DNA of 64,000 nucleotides, taken from Octopus vulgaris (Eukaryota). Below the pieces are notes generated by a model that saw only the letters and a list, made by a program, of their open reading frames with translations, searched no databases and was not told the origin of the DNA. Positions 1-14,888 of the stretch are shown piece after piece. The position numbers and the translations under genes are program-made. Every line of letters begins with the position of its first letter. Position 1 is the stretch's first letter. The stretch is from the NCBI GenBank assembly GCA_951406725.2, contig OX597826.1, forward strand, positions 65,844,001 through 65,908,000. Direction: 5' to 3'.

Positions 1-159
1 GAGATCAGCGACAGTGAGTCGCTAGAAAAATATATAGCAATTTGAGATAGACAAAAGGACGAGATAGTCACGGTTGGAACGACTTTGATCATAGATCTGC
101 TTGATCAGGGCAATATTAGAACTAAGAAACAACAATGTGAACAATATCAACATCAACTG

Positions 160-301
160 GGCATAAGTATGCGGTTAAGAAGCTCACTTCGCAACCATGT
201 GACTCCGGTTTCAGTCCCACTGTGTGACTTCTTCGGGCTTCGGGTCAAACAATGCCTTCTGAGTGAATTTGGTTGACGAGAAGTGAGGTGGAAGCCCGTG
301 C

Positions 302-347
<46 letters not shown>

Positions 348-545
348 TTGTGATTGGTTCCCCTCACTCCGCTTGACAACCGGTGTTGGTATATTTATGT
401 CCCGGTAACTTAGTGGTTCGGCAAAAGGTCCGATAGAATAAGTACCGGAATTTAAAAGAAAAAAATAAGCATAGAGTGGGGGCAACTTGTTAAACTAAAC
501 ACTTGACGGCGGTGCCCCAGCTTGGCCACAGTCCAGTGACTGGAA
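160..545 (+). mobile_element. tRNA-derived SINE family B (CORE-like body, internal TA/TG microsatellite)
   Basis: GGTTTCAGTCCCACTG head and AACTTAG.GGTTCGGCAAAA...GGCGGTGCCCCAGC...TGACTG tail, shared with other copies. Confidence 0.75.
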
Positions 546-758
546 AAAAAATATATAAAAGAAGTGTAAGTACAACACCAACAGCAAGCGCCCGACAATG
601 AATTTGTTGTTTGCGAAACAAACCTCTAACCATACCACGATGCCAGCGTGTAGTTTGAGACCGTTTCCGCTCCGTGGCATAAGTAGGATACGAGTGAAGT
701 ACTTATACTTCAATAGTCTCATTGTTACTGCTCTATTTTGACTTTTTTTTCAGGTGGC

Positions 759-882
759 AAACTGGAAAAATAGTTAGCACTACGGGCAAAGTAGTTAGCA
801 CTACGGGCAAAATAGTTAGCACTACGGGCAAACTGGAAAAATAGTTAGCATTGGGGGCAAAATGCCCGTAGTTGAGTACTGG
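759..882 (+). repeat. 21-bp tandem repeat (AAAATAGTTAGCACTACGGGC) x4 ending in an inverted copy
   Basis: Direct reading. GCCCGTAGT at ~865 is the reverse complement of ACTACGGGC. Confidence 0.85.
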
Positions 883-1035
883 AGTCAATGTAAGAAAGGC
901 AGCAAGCTAGCAGAATTATTCGCATGCTGGACAAAATGTTTAGCACCATTTCTTCCGGCTCTTAACGCGCAGAGTTCAAATTCCAACGAGACCTCCGTTG
1001 TCTTTCATCCTTTCGAAGTCGATAAAATAAGTACC

Positions 1036-1269
1036 TATTTCTTTATTACCCACAAGGGGCTAAACATAGAGTGGACAAACAAGGACAGACAAAGGGATTA
1101 AGTCGATTACATCGACCCCAGTGCACAGCTGGTACTTAATTTATCGACCCCGAAAGGATGAAAGGCAAAGTCGACCTCGGCGGAATTTGAACTCAGAACA
1201 TAACAGTAGACGAAATACAGCTAAGCATTTCGCCCGGCGTGCTAACGATTCTGCCAGCTCGCCACCTTC
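1036..1269 (-). mobile_element. tRNA-derived SINE family A, full length, with 14-bp TSD, inserted in an older + strand copy (~897-1345)
   Basis: Flanked by ATAAAATAAGTACC at 1022-1035 and 1270-1283. B-box-like GAGTTCAAATTCC and central GCCTTTCATCCTTTCGGGGTCGATAAA. Confidence 0.9.
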
Positions 1270-1883
1270 ATAAAATAAGTACCAGTTGAGCAATGAGGTC
1301 GACATAACCGACTAGCCACTTCGCCAAAATTGCCGGCATTGTGTCTATAATAGAAATAATTATCATTGCACAGTCAAGCACAGTTTTGAACGCTCTGTGT
1401 ATTTTTTGAAGACTATATAATTGTCTTAGTTTTTCGTAAGACTCATTATTATGTACACATGAGCAATGTGGAACGTCATTGTAATGAATTTGTAGGCCAT
1501 ATGGGTCAGAGAATCATTACAATTATCATGTCAAGAGGGTTACAGAAAATCACTGAAATATGGCGGTGACTTTACAATTTAGTTTGCGTTACACAATAGT
1601 AAATTCTGACAGATATATAATTGAAGCTTTTTTTATTACTAGTCAGGTTATATGAATGCACTCTTGTGTCTCAAAATGGTTTACTCACGAACAAATGTAC
1701 ATATGTATGTACGCATACATACATATGTATGTACGAACGTATTTATGTAAGTATTCATGTATGTACGAACATATTTATGTATGTATATGCATACTCCAAA
1801 CACACATTCTCATGTACACCCACATAGACGTTCTCTCCCCCTCTCTATTTATCTGTTTATCTGTCTATTTCACAACACACACT

Positions 1884-1938
<55 letters not shown>

Positions 1939-2601
1939 ACACATACACACAAATATAAAACTTTCTCCAGAGCGTGCTTTCGTTTATATAAGCAAATGTA
2001 AATGTATGTAAATGCTCATATATATAGAAATAATCGTACGCACACGTTTTACATACAAACATACATCGTGCGTACAAGACATAAGCACCGATTGTACATC
2101 GCCAAATGCAGATACACACGAGATCTACGCATTCACCTGCATGTCTACAAAAAATACATACACTCTTTAGGAAAGGAAAAATCTGTTTAAAAATTTTAAT
2201 TCAGTGTTATTGCAATTTGATAAAGCGTCGAAAGCGGTGTCTAAATCTAGAGATGCTTATTCAAGTTAAATACATATTCATACAGATTTTTCCTTACTTA
2301 AAATGTGTATACATTTTTGGAGGGGCGGACTTTGTATATATATATATGCACGTTACTTCTTTGTTTCCTTCAGTCCTCTACTCCTGGTGGAGGTTTAGAA
2401 GCGCCATTGTGACATAGGGCGCTTCTTGGGCTTTTACATTTAATGGAGTCCATCCCTCTACAAGTTTGAACTCATCCGATTTATTCTACAAAGTGGGAGA
2501 GAGAAAAAGAGGGGAAGAGATAGACAGAGAAGGCCAAGCAGACAGACATTGATGATGATGATGAAGATGATGAAGAAGAAAAATGATAATAATAATAATT
2601 A

Positions 2602-2645
<44 letters not shown>

Positions 2646-3152
2646 GGTGGTGGTGGTGATGTTGATGATGATGGTGGTGGTAGTGGTGGATTCCAGTATT
2701 GGACTGATACTTTATTTATCGCGCCCGAAAGAATTAAAGGCAAAGTTGACCTCAGCGGGAGTCGAACTCGGAACTTAGACAACCGGAACGAATGACGTCA
2801 AGTATTTATATCTGACGCTTTAATGATTCTACCAAATATTACCCCATGTTAAGTTAATACACACACACACACACATTCACACGCATTTTGCGTGTATATG
2901 TACAGACAAATATTTAAATAAATAGACAATAAATAAACAAATAGACTCAAACATTTCCAAAAACAAATAAACAATTCACGTGATTCTTTTATTCTTTTAT
3001 TTGTTTCAGTCATACTGTAGCGCTGCCTTAAAGGCTTTTTTAATCGAACAAATCGACCGCAGGACTTAGTCTTTGTGAGCCTAGTAATTATTCTATCGGT
3101 TTCTTTTGCCGAACCGCAACCTGTCAGTAGTGAAGCAATGGTGGGGGGACAA

Positions 3153-3228
<76 letters not shown>

Positions 3229-3242
3229 GCACGCACGCGCAA

Positions 3243-3273
<31 letters not shown>

Positions 3274-4000
3274 GGCATTCACTTGTATTCAGTCTCAGAG
3301 TTGTTAATCAACTTCGTCAATTTCCGTGAAAATTTTTTATCCAATCAGAAAACAAGATTTGAAAACACGTGTTGTATTGTCAACTGTAGTGTGCTTGTTG
3401 TCTTGTAAATATTCGTGCGTGCGTGTGTGCGTGCTTGTTCTGTTTGACGTTTATTATACTGTTTCATTTACCATTTCAAGCATGTTTTTTATGCATTTCA
3501 TAAAATGCGTTGTATAGTTCCACAGATCTTGTTTAATATAGCTTTAAAATTAATAGAAATCAAAGTCATATATATTTCTTTTCTACGCATTTTCTTTAAT
3601 CAATAGTAAGTGTTAATTTACATTTCTTCTTTTTCTCTGTGCACGTCGCAATATTTCGGCTCTTTGATGAATGTTGCAATATTTCGGCTCTCTGGTGGTT
3701 AAAAAAGATCACATGGACTATCATAACTAATACGGCTTTTGCGACGTTGATCTCGTTTTCTTCTTGGAAGTTTACGGATTTTACGCTTCTTATAATTTTT
3801 TACTCATTTACTTTTCGCTTGCACTTGACTGCAGCCATACTGAGGCACCGCATCGCCTTGAAGTGTACTTGTAGATCATATATATCCCGGTACTTATTTC
3901 TGTTTTTATAAATCTCATACTTCAGCGCTATCTTCCGTTAACACCATTAGTTTGCAGGACATAAATATATCATACACACACATACACACACACAGACACA

Positions 4001-4074
<74 letters not shown>

Positions 4075-5279
4075 AATACACCCTCACACACTTACACACA
4101 CACACATACATACATGCATGCATGCATGGCGACCATGATGCTCAGTTCAATATTCAGCCATAGATAAATATTACTATTATAAATGTAACATACTATATTA
4201 CGAAAATACTGAGCTACAGAAAGATGCTAATATTTGCATTCGAATATTTCTGCAAGTCTACATCGAGGCAGTAAATAGTCAGTAACTTTTCCTCCATTCA
4301 CAAATAAAGCGAGCAACGTTTGGGACATAATCCCCAGGTATTGCATGGTAACTATGTATGTATCGTCAGAGACAAGTGGATAACTAAAGACAGATCAAAG
4401 CAATCGCTCACAAGCGAGTATAATTGTGTTACATGTACTACGCTTTGGCTAATTGCTTCACGTGGTTAAGTAGTCGCAAACAGACAGAAACTTTCTCAGC
4501 CTTCTTGCTTTTGATCCAATAGATTATCGAGGATATGATGGATTAAGGGAGAGTGACTGCACAAGATGTTGGTTGTTACTAATTTCAGGTGACCAGACTG
4601 GAACAACGTGAAATAAAGTGCTTTGTTCAAGAAGACAATGTGTTACTCGGTGCAAGAATCGAACAAGAACCGAGAACTCACGCACCTTCACTGAACTAAA
4701 GCATTCTTAAAGAAAAGACAGCTCAAACTGTGAATAACTCTAAATTTAATCAATCGCAACAAGAATTCTTCAAAACTTCGTTAAAGAAATGTATTTAGAA
4801 TCAAACATGAATTGTCTTTTGAATAAATATAATCATCATGGTTAAAAGTATAAGTCTTCTGCGACCCAATCAAGGTTGTAGCCACAGTATATTTTAGAAT
4901 AGGACCTTAACAAATAATTATATGAGGCATATTACACAATTTGAGTCTAAATGCTTTGGTTTTATGCAAGGATCGAAAACTATTGAACTAGACTTGAGTC
5001 TAAAACGTGTAGACGAACAGGCTATGCGTACTTTCAAACGTCAATTGGTTCATATAACTGAAACTACCCGAAACAACATATAATAACAATCTTGTTAATA
5101 AAATACCGAATAGCGATACATGATCCTACAATAACAACACTAATGCCAACAGCGACGTAGAAGCAGACAGTATAGCACCATTGAAGCTACTAAAAGGGTA
5201 GCCATGCAGCAGATACACCTTCCTGCAATCAGAAACAATTTATTTGAAATTCATTGTCTTGCCGAGCAAACAGAGAAAT

Positions 5280-5750
5280 ACTAAAATCTTTTTAAAATCT
5301 GACAAGTAATTTGTAATAGTATATATTGCAGCAGGTATAAAGCATTAACCTGAAAGACAAGCTATTCAAAACAAATATAGGAGTTTCCGAGTTTTCACAA
5401 TTTGAAGTGGTTGTTTTAAATGAAATAACAAGAAATCATCTAAAATGATTCTCGCAACGAAGTGTAGAACAACATACGAGGCTCAATCGCCTGATATACG
5501 TGTCAGCAAATACAGGGAGGAATCGAAACTTAAAACGTACCATTATATTTCGGTGTTGAACAGCTCACAGATTCTAATAGTTGGGAATGCAATACAAACA
5601 ATAATTTCGCAAAACATCAGAAACATATAGAATACAAATTAGAAAAGCAGTTTGGGTACAGAAAAATTAAAACCTTAATCTTCCAAGATCTCAGCCCCTG
5701 TGTCTAACTTTACCCTCCATCTGGGCTCCCGAGCAATAATAATAATAATA
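5280..5750 (+). mobile_element. Possible decayed R4/Dong-like 3' end
   Basis: NRPDI-like and ILIVG-like remnants, terminating in (AAT)n. Confidence 0.3.
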
Positions 5751-6218
5751 ATGATTAATAGTTGCATATACAACGCAAGAGTAACGATTGCAGTCAAACT
5801 GATGGACAGAATTGGCCGCATCATTTTATCTTTTTCATAATTGTTTTACCGGGAATCCGGCAGAGATGACGTTTAACCTATTCTCACTTTAGCAGAAATA
5901 AGGCCCGAAAGGGCCAAGCTCTAAACATATGGGTACATATCTCTTAAGCTAGAGAATACCAACAAAATTAACACAATGAAAAGCCTCTCATGGACCTGTG
6001 ATAAATACATCACATCTTACCTAGAAGTCAACGCCTTTAGCGCCGAAGAACAGACGAAAGTTGCTAACTATCTGATCAATAAGAGAAATAAGGGTGTCTC
6101 GAGCGTCACGTTCTAAAATCAACCGGGGTCCTCATGACCCTTGGGGGTCCATACAAAACGTTGTTGTTAAAATGTATGTGCAATAAATTGGTTTATACTT
6201 CAACAATATATAAAATAC

Positions 6219-6484
6219 AATAATTCCTCTACTATAGCTGGTGTTCAAAACACCCCGCGATAGGTGAAAACCCGCGAAGTAGAAACAGTAATGTACTTAT
6301 TCTTTTACTTGTTTCAGTCATTTGACTGCAGCCATACTGGAGCACCACCAGTATGTTTTTTAAAATTATTTTTTAAATATGTATATATTTATTTTATAAA
6401 TGCAAAACAACACCACAGAGGAATCGACGTAAGCTTAAATAATAAATCGCGATAGGTGAACCGCGATATGACAAAGGATTACTG
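6219..6484. mobile_element. Same pogo/Tigger-like MITE family, opposite orientation, nested in an hAT-like MITE (~6115-6595)
   Basis: Matches the reverse complement of 14889-15112 and ends GGATTACTG-TA. Host element ends GGTTGAGAACCATTG. Confidence 0.7.
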
Positions 6485-7541
6485 TATTTTAACAATTTTA
6501 TATAATTCCTAGTAATATTTAATTGTAAAAATATGATAGGATTTTTAAGCATCGAATGGCTATGAGGATCCGGGAAATATGGTTGAGAACCATTGCTGTA
6601 ACAGACACTGATTCTCTAAGTACAATCGTTTCGAGATACAGTAAAAAACTTGAAAAACTTTTGAAGGGATTTCTGTGATTTTTTTTTAACGATTTCTGTT
6701 TCGCAGTCACATGTACATATTAAACACACATGCATAAGAAGTTAGGAGACACGCACACTTATACATGCTAGTGTACTAAAGTGACATGCACACCAACTAC
6801 ATGAATGCAATTTTATCCCCACACATACAAACAAATGTTTACAAACACAAACAAGCATTTATATACAATCGCTCACACACACAACAAATAATTCAGATAA
6901 ACACGACCCCCACCCCCACCCACCCACCCAGCTCTCTTGACTTAAACAAAAGAGCCCTCCAGCTCTGGGTACTCAAAGTTGAATTCTGAAAAGAAAAAAT
7001 AAATTACAACGAAAACATGTAGGTATGTATGAGCGTTCGTACATACATACATACATACATACATACATACATACATACATACATACATACATACATACAA
7101 AAATGCCCTGTTCTTGAAGTTTAAATTCCAATGAAGGAGCTTTGGATCTATGTTAGAAACCAATCCTTTCTTTATTGACAAGAAATCTTGAAATAAACTG
7201 AATAATGACATACGTACATATAAGCATGCTTACACACATGTGTTATGTCAACAGAGGTTTCAAAAGGAGGAAATGTCTTTTCAGCATTTCAATTAATTTC
7301 GAAAAGACGACAAATAAATGAATGATATAAATAAAGATTATCTGGAGAATTAGAGTTAAATATTAATGCGGTTATTGTTGCTTCGGTGTTGTTTTTGCTT
7401 CGGTGTTGTTTTTGCTATGTTGCTGTTTGGTATTCTTGCTTTATTGTTGTTTACGGAACTAAAAAATATTTTATGTTCATCGAGTGATCGCAACTATTTC
7501 GAGATAGCAATCAGAAAACAGAACTGAGGAACGCAAAACAT

Positions 7542-7575
<34 letters not shown>

Positions 7576-7770
7576 TGTATGTATGTATGTATGTATGTAT
7601 GTATGTATGTATGTATGTATGAATGCATGAGTGTGTGTGTATGTTTGAGTGTATGCATATATTTATATACGTTACATACACATATGCATACATACACACA
7701 TATACATACATAAATACACACATACACACACACACGCACGCACATACACTCTCTCACTCTCACACACGCC

Positions 7771-7817
<47 letters not shown>

Positions 7818-9348
7818 CACTAAATCCCAGAGACATCTAACGTAAAATAAATCTTCATGTCAACGTAACAAACTTAAATAGTTTATATTAAAAGTCATTC
7901 TAATTTGAATTTACTTCGGGTCATGTTACTCTTCAAAAATTTTTTTTCATAAATTTACGTGGCAACCGTTTAAGTTTGCCGTGAAGAAAACAAGCCTAAC
8001 ATTTTTTACGAATCAGAGCCTTCGACTAATCAGAACCTCAAAACTGTTCGGTTAATTCCAGGAAATACTTCCTCAGTTCAGATGTTTGCATTTCATATAA
8101 TCGTTAAAACATTCCTGTATTTGTTCCGGGTATTATTTTTCGTCGAAGTCAACTTTGATATCGTTTGGGTGTTGCTAAAAATGTACTGGGGAACGATGTA
8201 ATTGGCTAATACCCACCAACTTAAGTTGCCGGCCTTGTGTCATAATCTTAATGTGGTATAAATTGATGCCATCTCAACTATACACTGTTATATAAGATTT
8301 GTCTTGGATACTTTTACTAATTTGTGTCATATCTTAGTAGCTTTATAGTGATATATTTGTAGAAGTGGACTGGTACATAGTGACATCATCTCATCTCAAG
8401 GCTGTTACAAGAAGATATCAACTCATTTCTAAACTTTTTTTTTAATATTAATGTAATCGTATCACCAGGCAAAATACTTTGCGGCATTTCGTCTGTCTTT
8501 ACGTTCCAAGTTCAAATTCCGCCGAAGTCGACTTTGCCTTTTATCTCTACGTGGTCGATAAAATAAGTATCAATTGAGAACTGGGGACGATGTAATCGAT
8601 TTATCCCCTCCCCCTAAATTGCTGGAATCGTGCCAAAATATGAAATCAACGTTAATATCATCGTATATGAGGACTGTTTCATAAGATATCCACTCGTCTC
8701 CTGTTCAATATCGACTTTAGTTAAATAGTTATACTGTCTCATTTCTGAACAGTTTCACAACTATCTTCTTGCTTTTATATTTTTATATAGTGATAACTTC
8801 TCGCCAGCGGATATTTTCATACTGAAATCATGTTGTCTCTGGGCTATTTCAAATTAATATCACCATATCTTGATTGCTTCTTAAAGATATACTGAATTTG
8901 AACTGTGTCATGATGGTAACATTTTATATTAGAGACACACAATGGTGTGACCGGTATCGCCTATATGAACCGCACGCATGAGACCCTAAAATCAGTAGAA
9001 TTACCTGAAGTTTAATCTCTATAGAGCTTTGAAGAAGAAAATGAAGGAAGAAAGAGAGAAAGAAAAAAAGAAAGTGCAGGATTCATTTCCCTGATATGGG
9101 TGCAAGTTTGAGATAGATGGTTCTCACCATACCTGCAATAAATATTCTTGATGAAAGCAAACACCTCTGTAGCTCTGAATTACTTCTGGGACTAACAAAG
9201 TCATTCACTTCTGAGCCTCATAAAAACATTCACTTCTGGGAATCACGCACATGCTTCTGTGGGCTCACATACTTATCTCACAATGAACAGAACAGGAAAT
9301 AGAAACACGAATTAAATAGTACAACATTGACACAGGGTACAAACTTCC

Positions 9349-9412
<64 letters not shown>

Positions 9413-10149
9413 AGAGAGAGAGGAGAGAGAGAGTGAGAGAGTGAGAGAGTGAGAGAGAGAGGGGGGGGGGCTCCAACATCAACTGAGTACTTGGATGATA
9501 TTTCATTTTATCGACGATCTAAAGGGAGATAACTAAAGACATCTAATAACAGCATTCCAGTTATTTATAAAGGAGATGCCTTATTTTTTATTAGTATCTA
9601 TTTTACTAACATCAAAAGACTGAAAGGCAAAAATTAGATATCCTCTTGGTTTAAAGTGAAAACATTAACTGATGTAACAAATACACTTCAGTAATCAACA
9701 TACATACATATACACACACACATATATATGTATGAATACATACACATATATATATATATAAATACACACGTATATATATGTATACATATACATACATACA
9801 TACATATATATATACACTCACATATGTTCTAGCGGTGGTTTGCATGCTCTTGAACAGGTCCTGTACATGTGAACCTTCTCTTGCACTCTCTCTATACAAC
9901 CTTGGAGAGCCTCTACCCTCCTCTACAGCCGTTAAGTAGTTTACTTGAACTTCGGTTGCCATGACCAGGAACAGGATGAATACTGGAATGAAGTGTTTTA
10001 CTCAAGAAGACAATGCGTTGCCTGTTTGAGAATCGAAACTGCGATCTCACTAGGCCACTAGACCCTTGTGGTAAAAATTTGAAATAATTATATATGCACA
10101 TATATTCATATATAATTATTTCAAATCTACAAGAGCAGCTTGGTAGAGG

Positions 10150-10483
10150 TGGGAATGAGTCGATTATATCGACCCCAGTGTTCAACTGGTACTTATTTAA
10201 TTGACCCTCGGCGGAATTTTAACTCAGAACGTAGCAGCAGACGAGATATCTATTTCTTTACTACCCACAAGGGGCTAAACACAGAGAGGACAAACAAGGA
10301 CAGACAAACGGATTAAATCGATTATATCGACTCCAGTGCGTAACTGGTACTTACTTAATCGATCCCGAAAGGATGAAAGGCAAAGACGACCTCGGCGGAA
10401 TTTGAACTCAGAACGTAGCGGCAGACGAAATACTGCTAAGCATTTCGCCCGGCGTGCTAACGATTCTGCCAACTCGCCGCCTT
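10150..10483 (-). mobile_element. SINE family A (full copy plus adjacent partial copies)
   Basis: Reverse-complement match to 11764-11994. Confidence 0.85.
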
Positions 10484-11037
10484 ATATTCATATATAATAG
10501 TAACTGTTTTACGCAAAAACATTTCAACACACCCTCACGTCCCAGTCCTATCCTCAAAACGAACGTAACCCACTTAACTATGTATTAAACCATAAGCAAT
10601 AAAACATTTAAACATTATTTTAAAATAATAAAATATAAAAACCGCAGGAATCTAAGAACAAAAAGGAATAAAAAAGCGCCACAGCCTCTACATCTGGGAA
10701 TAAAGTTAATAAGTAAATAAAAACAAAGAGGAACGTGTATATAAATTTCAATGAAAAATATTATAATGTCTGAATTTTATCCAAATAGTCACCACGAAAA
10801 TTTCTCTAAATAATATAAATATAGAAATACAGAGAGAGAGGGAGAAATAAATAAAATATGATATTGAATTGCTAACAAAGAGGTGTTGACGTAAAGATTT
10901 GTTTTTCTTTTCTGTTCTCTTTTCTTTTTCTTTTTCATGTCTTTTTCTTTTCATTTTTTTTTCTTTTCTTTTTCTTTCTTTTTCTTCTTAACAGAAAAAA
11001 ACAGCTTTTCTTTATATCACTAACGATTCGGAGGAGT

Positions 11038-11074
<37 letters not shown>

Positions 11075-11524
11075 TGGTGTGCGCCTGTGTAGGAAATAAG
11101 ACATCACGCACACACACACGTGTATATGTGTATATGTGCATATATACATAAACATATACATGCATACATGTACATATGCGCATATATATATATTCACACA
11201 CACATACATGCATGTATTCATACATACATACATATATATATATGCGTGTGTGTTTGTGTATATATATATGTATAAATATGTGTGTGTGTGTGTGTATGTG
11301 TTTATAATAGTGCATGTTTGCGTATGTCTGCATGTGTGTGCGTGTGCGCCTGTGTGTGTGTGTGTGAAACATGGCCAATAAAGAATTTCTTACATGTTCA
11401 GTGTAAAAGAAAAACAACAACGACAAAAAAAAAAAGCGCAAACCAAAGAAGCAAACAAACGTTCATATGGAAATGTCATTAACAAACAAAAAGTTGTGTT
11501 TTGGAATATATCAAGCCAAATTAC

Positions 11525-11596
<72 letters not shown>

Positions 11597-11763
11597 CTAC
11601 GCGTACCGGCTTCTTTCTTTCACACATGCATGCACACATTTCTTCACGTATACACCCACGCACGCGTATATACATCCCGTTAATTTGTTTCTCACAGACC
11701 GGTGTCTACATTTGCAAGACAATACACACATATATACAATTGTTTATATAAAAAAAAAAACAA

Positions 11764-11994
11764 AGGTGGCGAGCTGGTAGAAACATTAGCACGCCGGGCG
11801 AAATTCGTAGCCGTATTTCGTCTGTCGTTACGTTCCGAGTTCAAATTCCGCCGAGGTCGACTTTGCCTTTCATCCTTTCGGGGTCGATAAATTAAGTACC
11901 AGTTACGCACTGGGGTCGATGTAGTCGACTTAATCCCTTTGTCTGTCCTTGTTTGTCCCCTCTGTGTTTAGCCCCTTGTGGGTAGTAAAGAAAT
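11764..11994 (+). mobile_element. SINE family A, full length, with TSD
   Basis: tRNA-like head GGTGGCGAGCTGGTAGAAAC...GAGTTCAAATTCC. Direct repeat ATATATACAATTGTTT at 11730-11745 and 11995-12010. Confidence 0.9.
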
Positions 11995-12284
11995 ATATAT
12001 ACAATTGTTTCTTCTTCCACGCCAGAAATTATTTCTAACCTTACTCTAAAATAATTTTCTCTTTTTGTTACATCGTAAAATAAACAAATCCCTGTCAGTT
12101 TCGACCAATGAATGTTCCAGTCATTCCATTGACGGAAATATTAATTGTATTGAGGCTTAAGTGTTTGTGTATTCCATAAACACTTGGACTTTTGACGTAA
12201 TAACTAAGACTGGGTCAGCCTGACATTGTGCATGACAGCGTTAGATTTTGTTGTTGTTGCTTTTTATCTTTGTTTTCTCTTTTC

Positions 12285-12516
12285 ACTTGTTTCAGACATT
12301 AGATTGCGGCCATGCTAGAGCACCGCCTTGAAGAACTTTCTTTGTCGGATGAATCGATCCCAATATTTCTTTTTTTTTTTTTTAAAGTTTGGTACTTATT
12401 CTACCGGTCAGTTTTGACGTACCGATAAGTTACGGGGACTTATCGGTACGTCAATATCCATAGATCATGCAGTTTTCAAGCGGTGGTGGGGAAAAACACA
12501 GACACAAACACACACA

Positions 12517-12584
<68 letters not shown>

Positions 12585-12785
12585 TGCGTTCGCGCGCACA
12601 CACACACATACACGTACAAATATACGACAGGTTTATTTCAGTTTCCGTCTACCAAATCCACTCACAAGGTTTTGGTCGACCCGAGGCTAGAGTGGAATTC
12701 ACTTCCCCAAGGTGCCACGCAGTAGGACTGAACCCAGAACAATGTGGATGGGAAGCAGCGTTATTGAAACACATCTGCACCTGCA
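12285..12785 (-). mobile_element. SINE family B
   Basis: Reverse-complement match to 41460-41845. Confidence 0.8.
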
Positions 12786-12869
12786 CCTATTTGAAGAAAA
12801 AATGTCTTTTATGTGTGTGTATTGTGTATATGTGTGTTCTATGTTTATCTATACATAATTATACAACTG

Positions 12870-12903
<34 letters not shown>

Positions 12904-12929
12904 TGTATGTATGTATGTATGTTGACAAC

Positions 12930-13090
12930 AGAACATGTGCAACCTATGAAAAGGTGTGCCGTTCAGCTGAAGAAAATGACACGTCAAAAGACTTCATACT
13001 ATGGCACCGGTTCCTTCTGCCAGCCACCTCAACTGAAATGTGCAAATGTTTGGCGGAGTTCAAGAGTCAAGTATAGGCCTCACACTGCAT
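12930..13090 (+). mobile_element. Possible RTE LINE 3' end fragment
   Basis: Decayed CxxC...SxIGL finger-like sequence between TATG arrays. Confidence 0.3.
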
Positions 13091-14888
13091 TATCAATGAC
13101 TCATTTGATTGATACTTTTTAGCAATGGCTTTGCTCGTATGCGAGAAAGCAGCCACTATGTAAGTATGTATGTACGTATGTATGTATGTATGTATGTATG
13201 TATGTATGTATGTATGTATGTATGTATGTATGTATGTATGTATGTATGTACGTACGTATGTATGTATGTATGTATGTATGCACTTGCGTTAAATCATTGT
13301 GGGCTTACAGACACTAGACTCAATATGACAACTCAGCAACTTATTATCACAATCCAAAGTAATCGTCCTTTCTTTGGCCATCTTCGATAGCCTCTCAGTT
13401 AGTGAAATTTTCAACTTCACATTTTATTTCAAAACCAGGGATCCTATACACATCGTGTATTGTGCACTTGTGAGCCTGCCATATCGAGAAAGTTGCATTT
13501 AAAGACCAGAAAATTTACATAGGCACTAACAAATGTTGTTGATTTATTAACAATATCAAATAAAATCAATATCATTTCAATACGGACTGATAACGTGAGC
13601 GGCTTGGCTTGTTTATGAAAGAAATGACAACCTCCGCCTATTGACCTGCTATGAATCTATCAAAAGAAGCTGTTACCAAACAGTCTGAAGTTGAAAGCCT
13701 GTACTTGAGGGAGAAGAATTTTATAACTTATGCCAACAATTGATGAAGTGGAAAAATCTGCAAATAATTAACATCTTCAAAGATAGAATTGTTAAATTAT
13801 TTGCTCAGGATGAAAATGCCGAAAATCCGTTTTGTTTGTTCGTTTGTCAGATGGCTCAAAGCCAATCGATCGTTGATAACTGAACGAGATGCAGTCCAGT
13901 TTATCAGTTTATACCTGTTGGAAAAAAAACGATAAGACATGCACTGAGAAGATGGGCTTCAATGTATGTTTTTCTGTGTTGTAATAAAAAAGGATCCATA
14001 GACCATGCAGTTTTACTGCGTTGTTTGCTGCTTGGCTTTGGTCTTAACGCCTATGTATATAGCGAAACCACGTCAAAAGCAATATCTATTTTTGGGTTTT
14101 TACACTCAGCTGTAAAGGACTGGTAATGTTTTAGAAGAGTTTAACCGGTCTTACATACATTTATAAATCTTTAGATAAGAACAACCCACCTTTGGCCAAG
14201 AAATATACTTATCTCGCAGAATGTCAGTTTCGTGCCAATTGTCAGTCAAGTGATGTCATAGAGATGTGTGAATACAATCTAAAAGTATCGAGCAGTTGGA
14301 AAGCTATGTCTGAAAATGCCATCTGATCAATTTGCGAACCTTCTTATCCTCCCTGAACTCCACTTCGACCCTTAGACGTAATCCATTTGACACCATGTAA
14401 GAGCGATCCTCTTGAGAATCCACTGTGGTTTCAACGTTACGTACAGACAGAATGAAGGTCTTAAAACACAGTGAGTATTAAGCTCTCTGATCCAATTTTG
14501 GTTGAAAATGGTATAAAGCAACTCTGTTCCTATTTTAGTTTGCTGTAATGTTTCTTGATGGCTCTTGCGGGTTACTTATACAAGGGGTACATCAAATACC
14601 GAACAATGGGTAGATTGTTGAATATAAGATAGCTTGCTGCCAAAACAAAGATGTTCTTTATCACTAATACACAGATTCCTTCTCCACAGCTTATTGGGCT
14701 TAACAACCAATCCATAAAAGATAGTCGTAATTTACCAGCTTGCACCAAATAGGGCTTCCTCTGAGCCAAACATTTATGTGTATGGACAGAAATTGCAGGT
14801 TGTGGATAAATTTGTGGATTTAGGCGTAGTGTAACCATGACAAGTACTATTAATGGAGAAAGCTCGCTCCGAATCAAGAAAGCCAGTA

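Noticed and set aside
759-860. CRISPR-like repeated 21-mers
   Set aside because: No unique spacers, no cas genes, eukaryotic context.
7100-7212. Island in (CATA)n with CCAATGA...GAAACC as a possible hammerhead
   Set aside because: Core and stems deviate too far to support the call; probably a retroelement tail.
11764-11850. tRNA-like sequences with A/B boxes
   Set aside because: These are SINE heads; no full cloverleaf, and they continue into SINE bodies.
14572-14877. 101-aa minus-strand ORF
   Set aside because: Antisense shadow of the RTE reverse transcriptase remnant.
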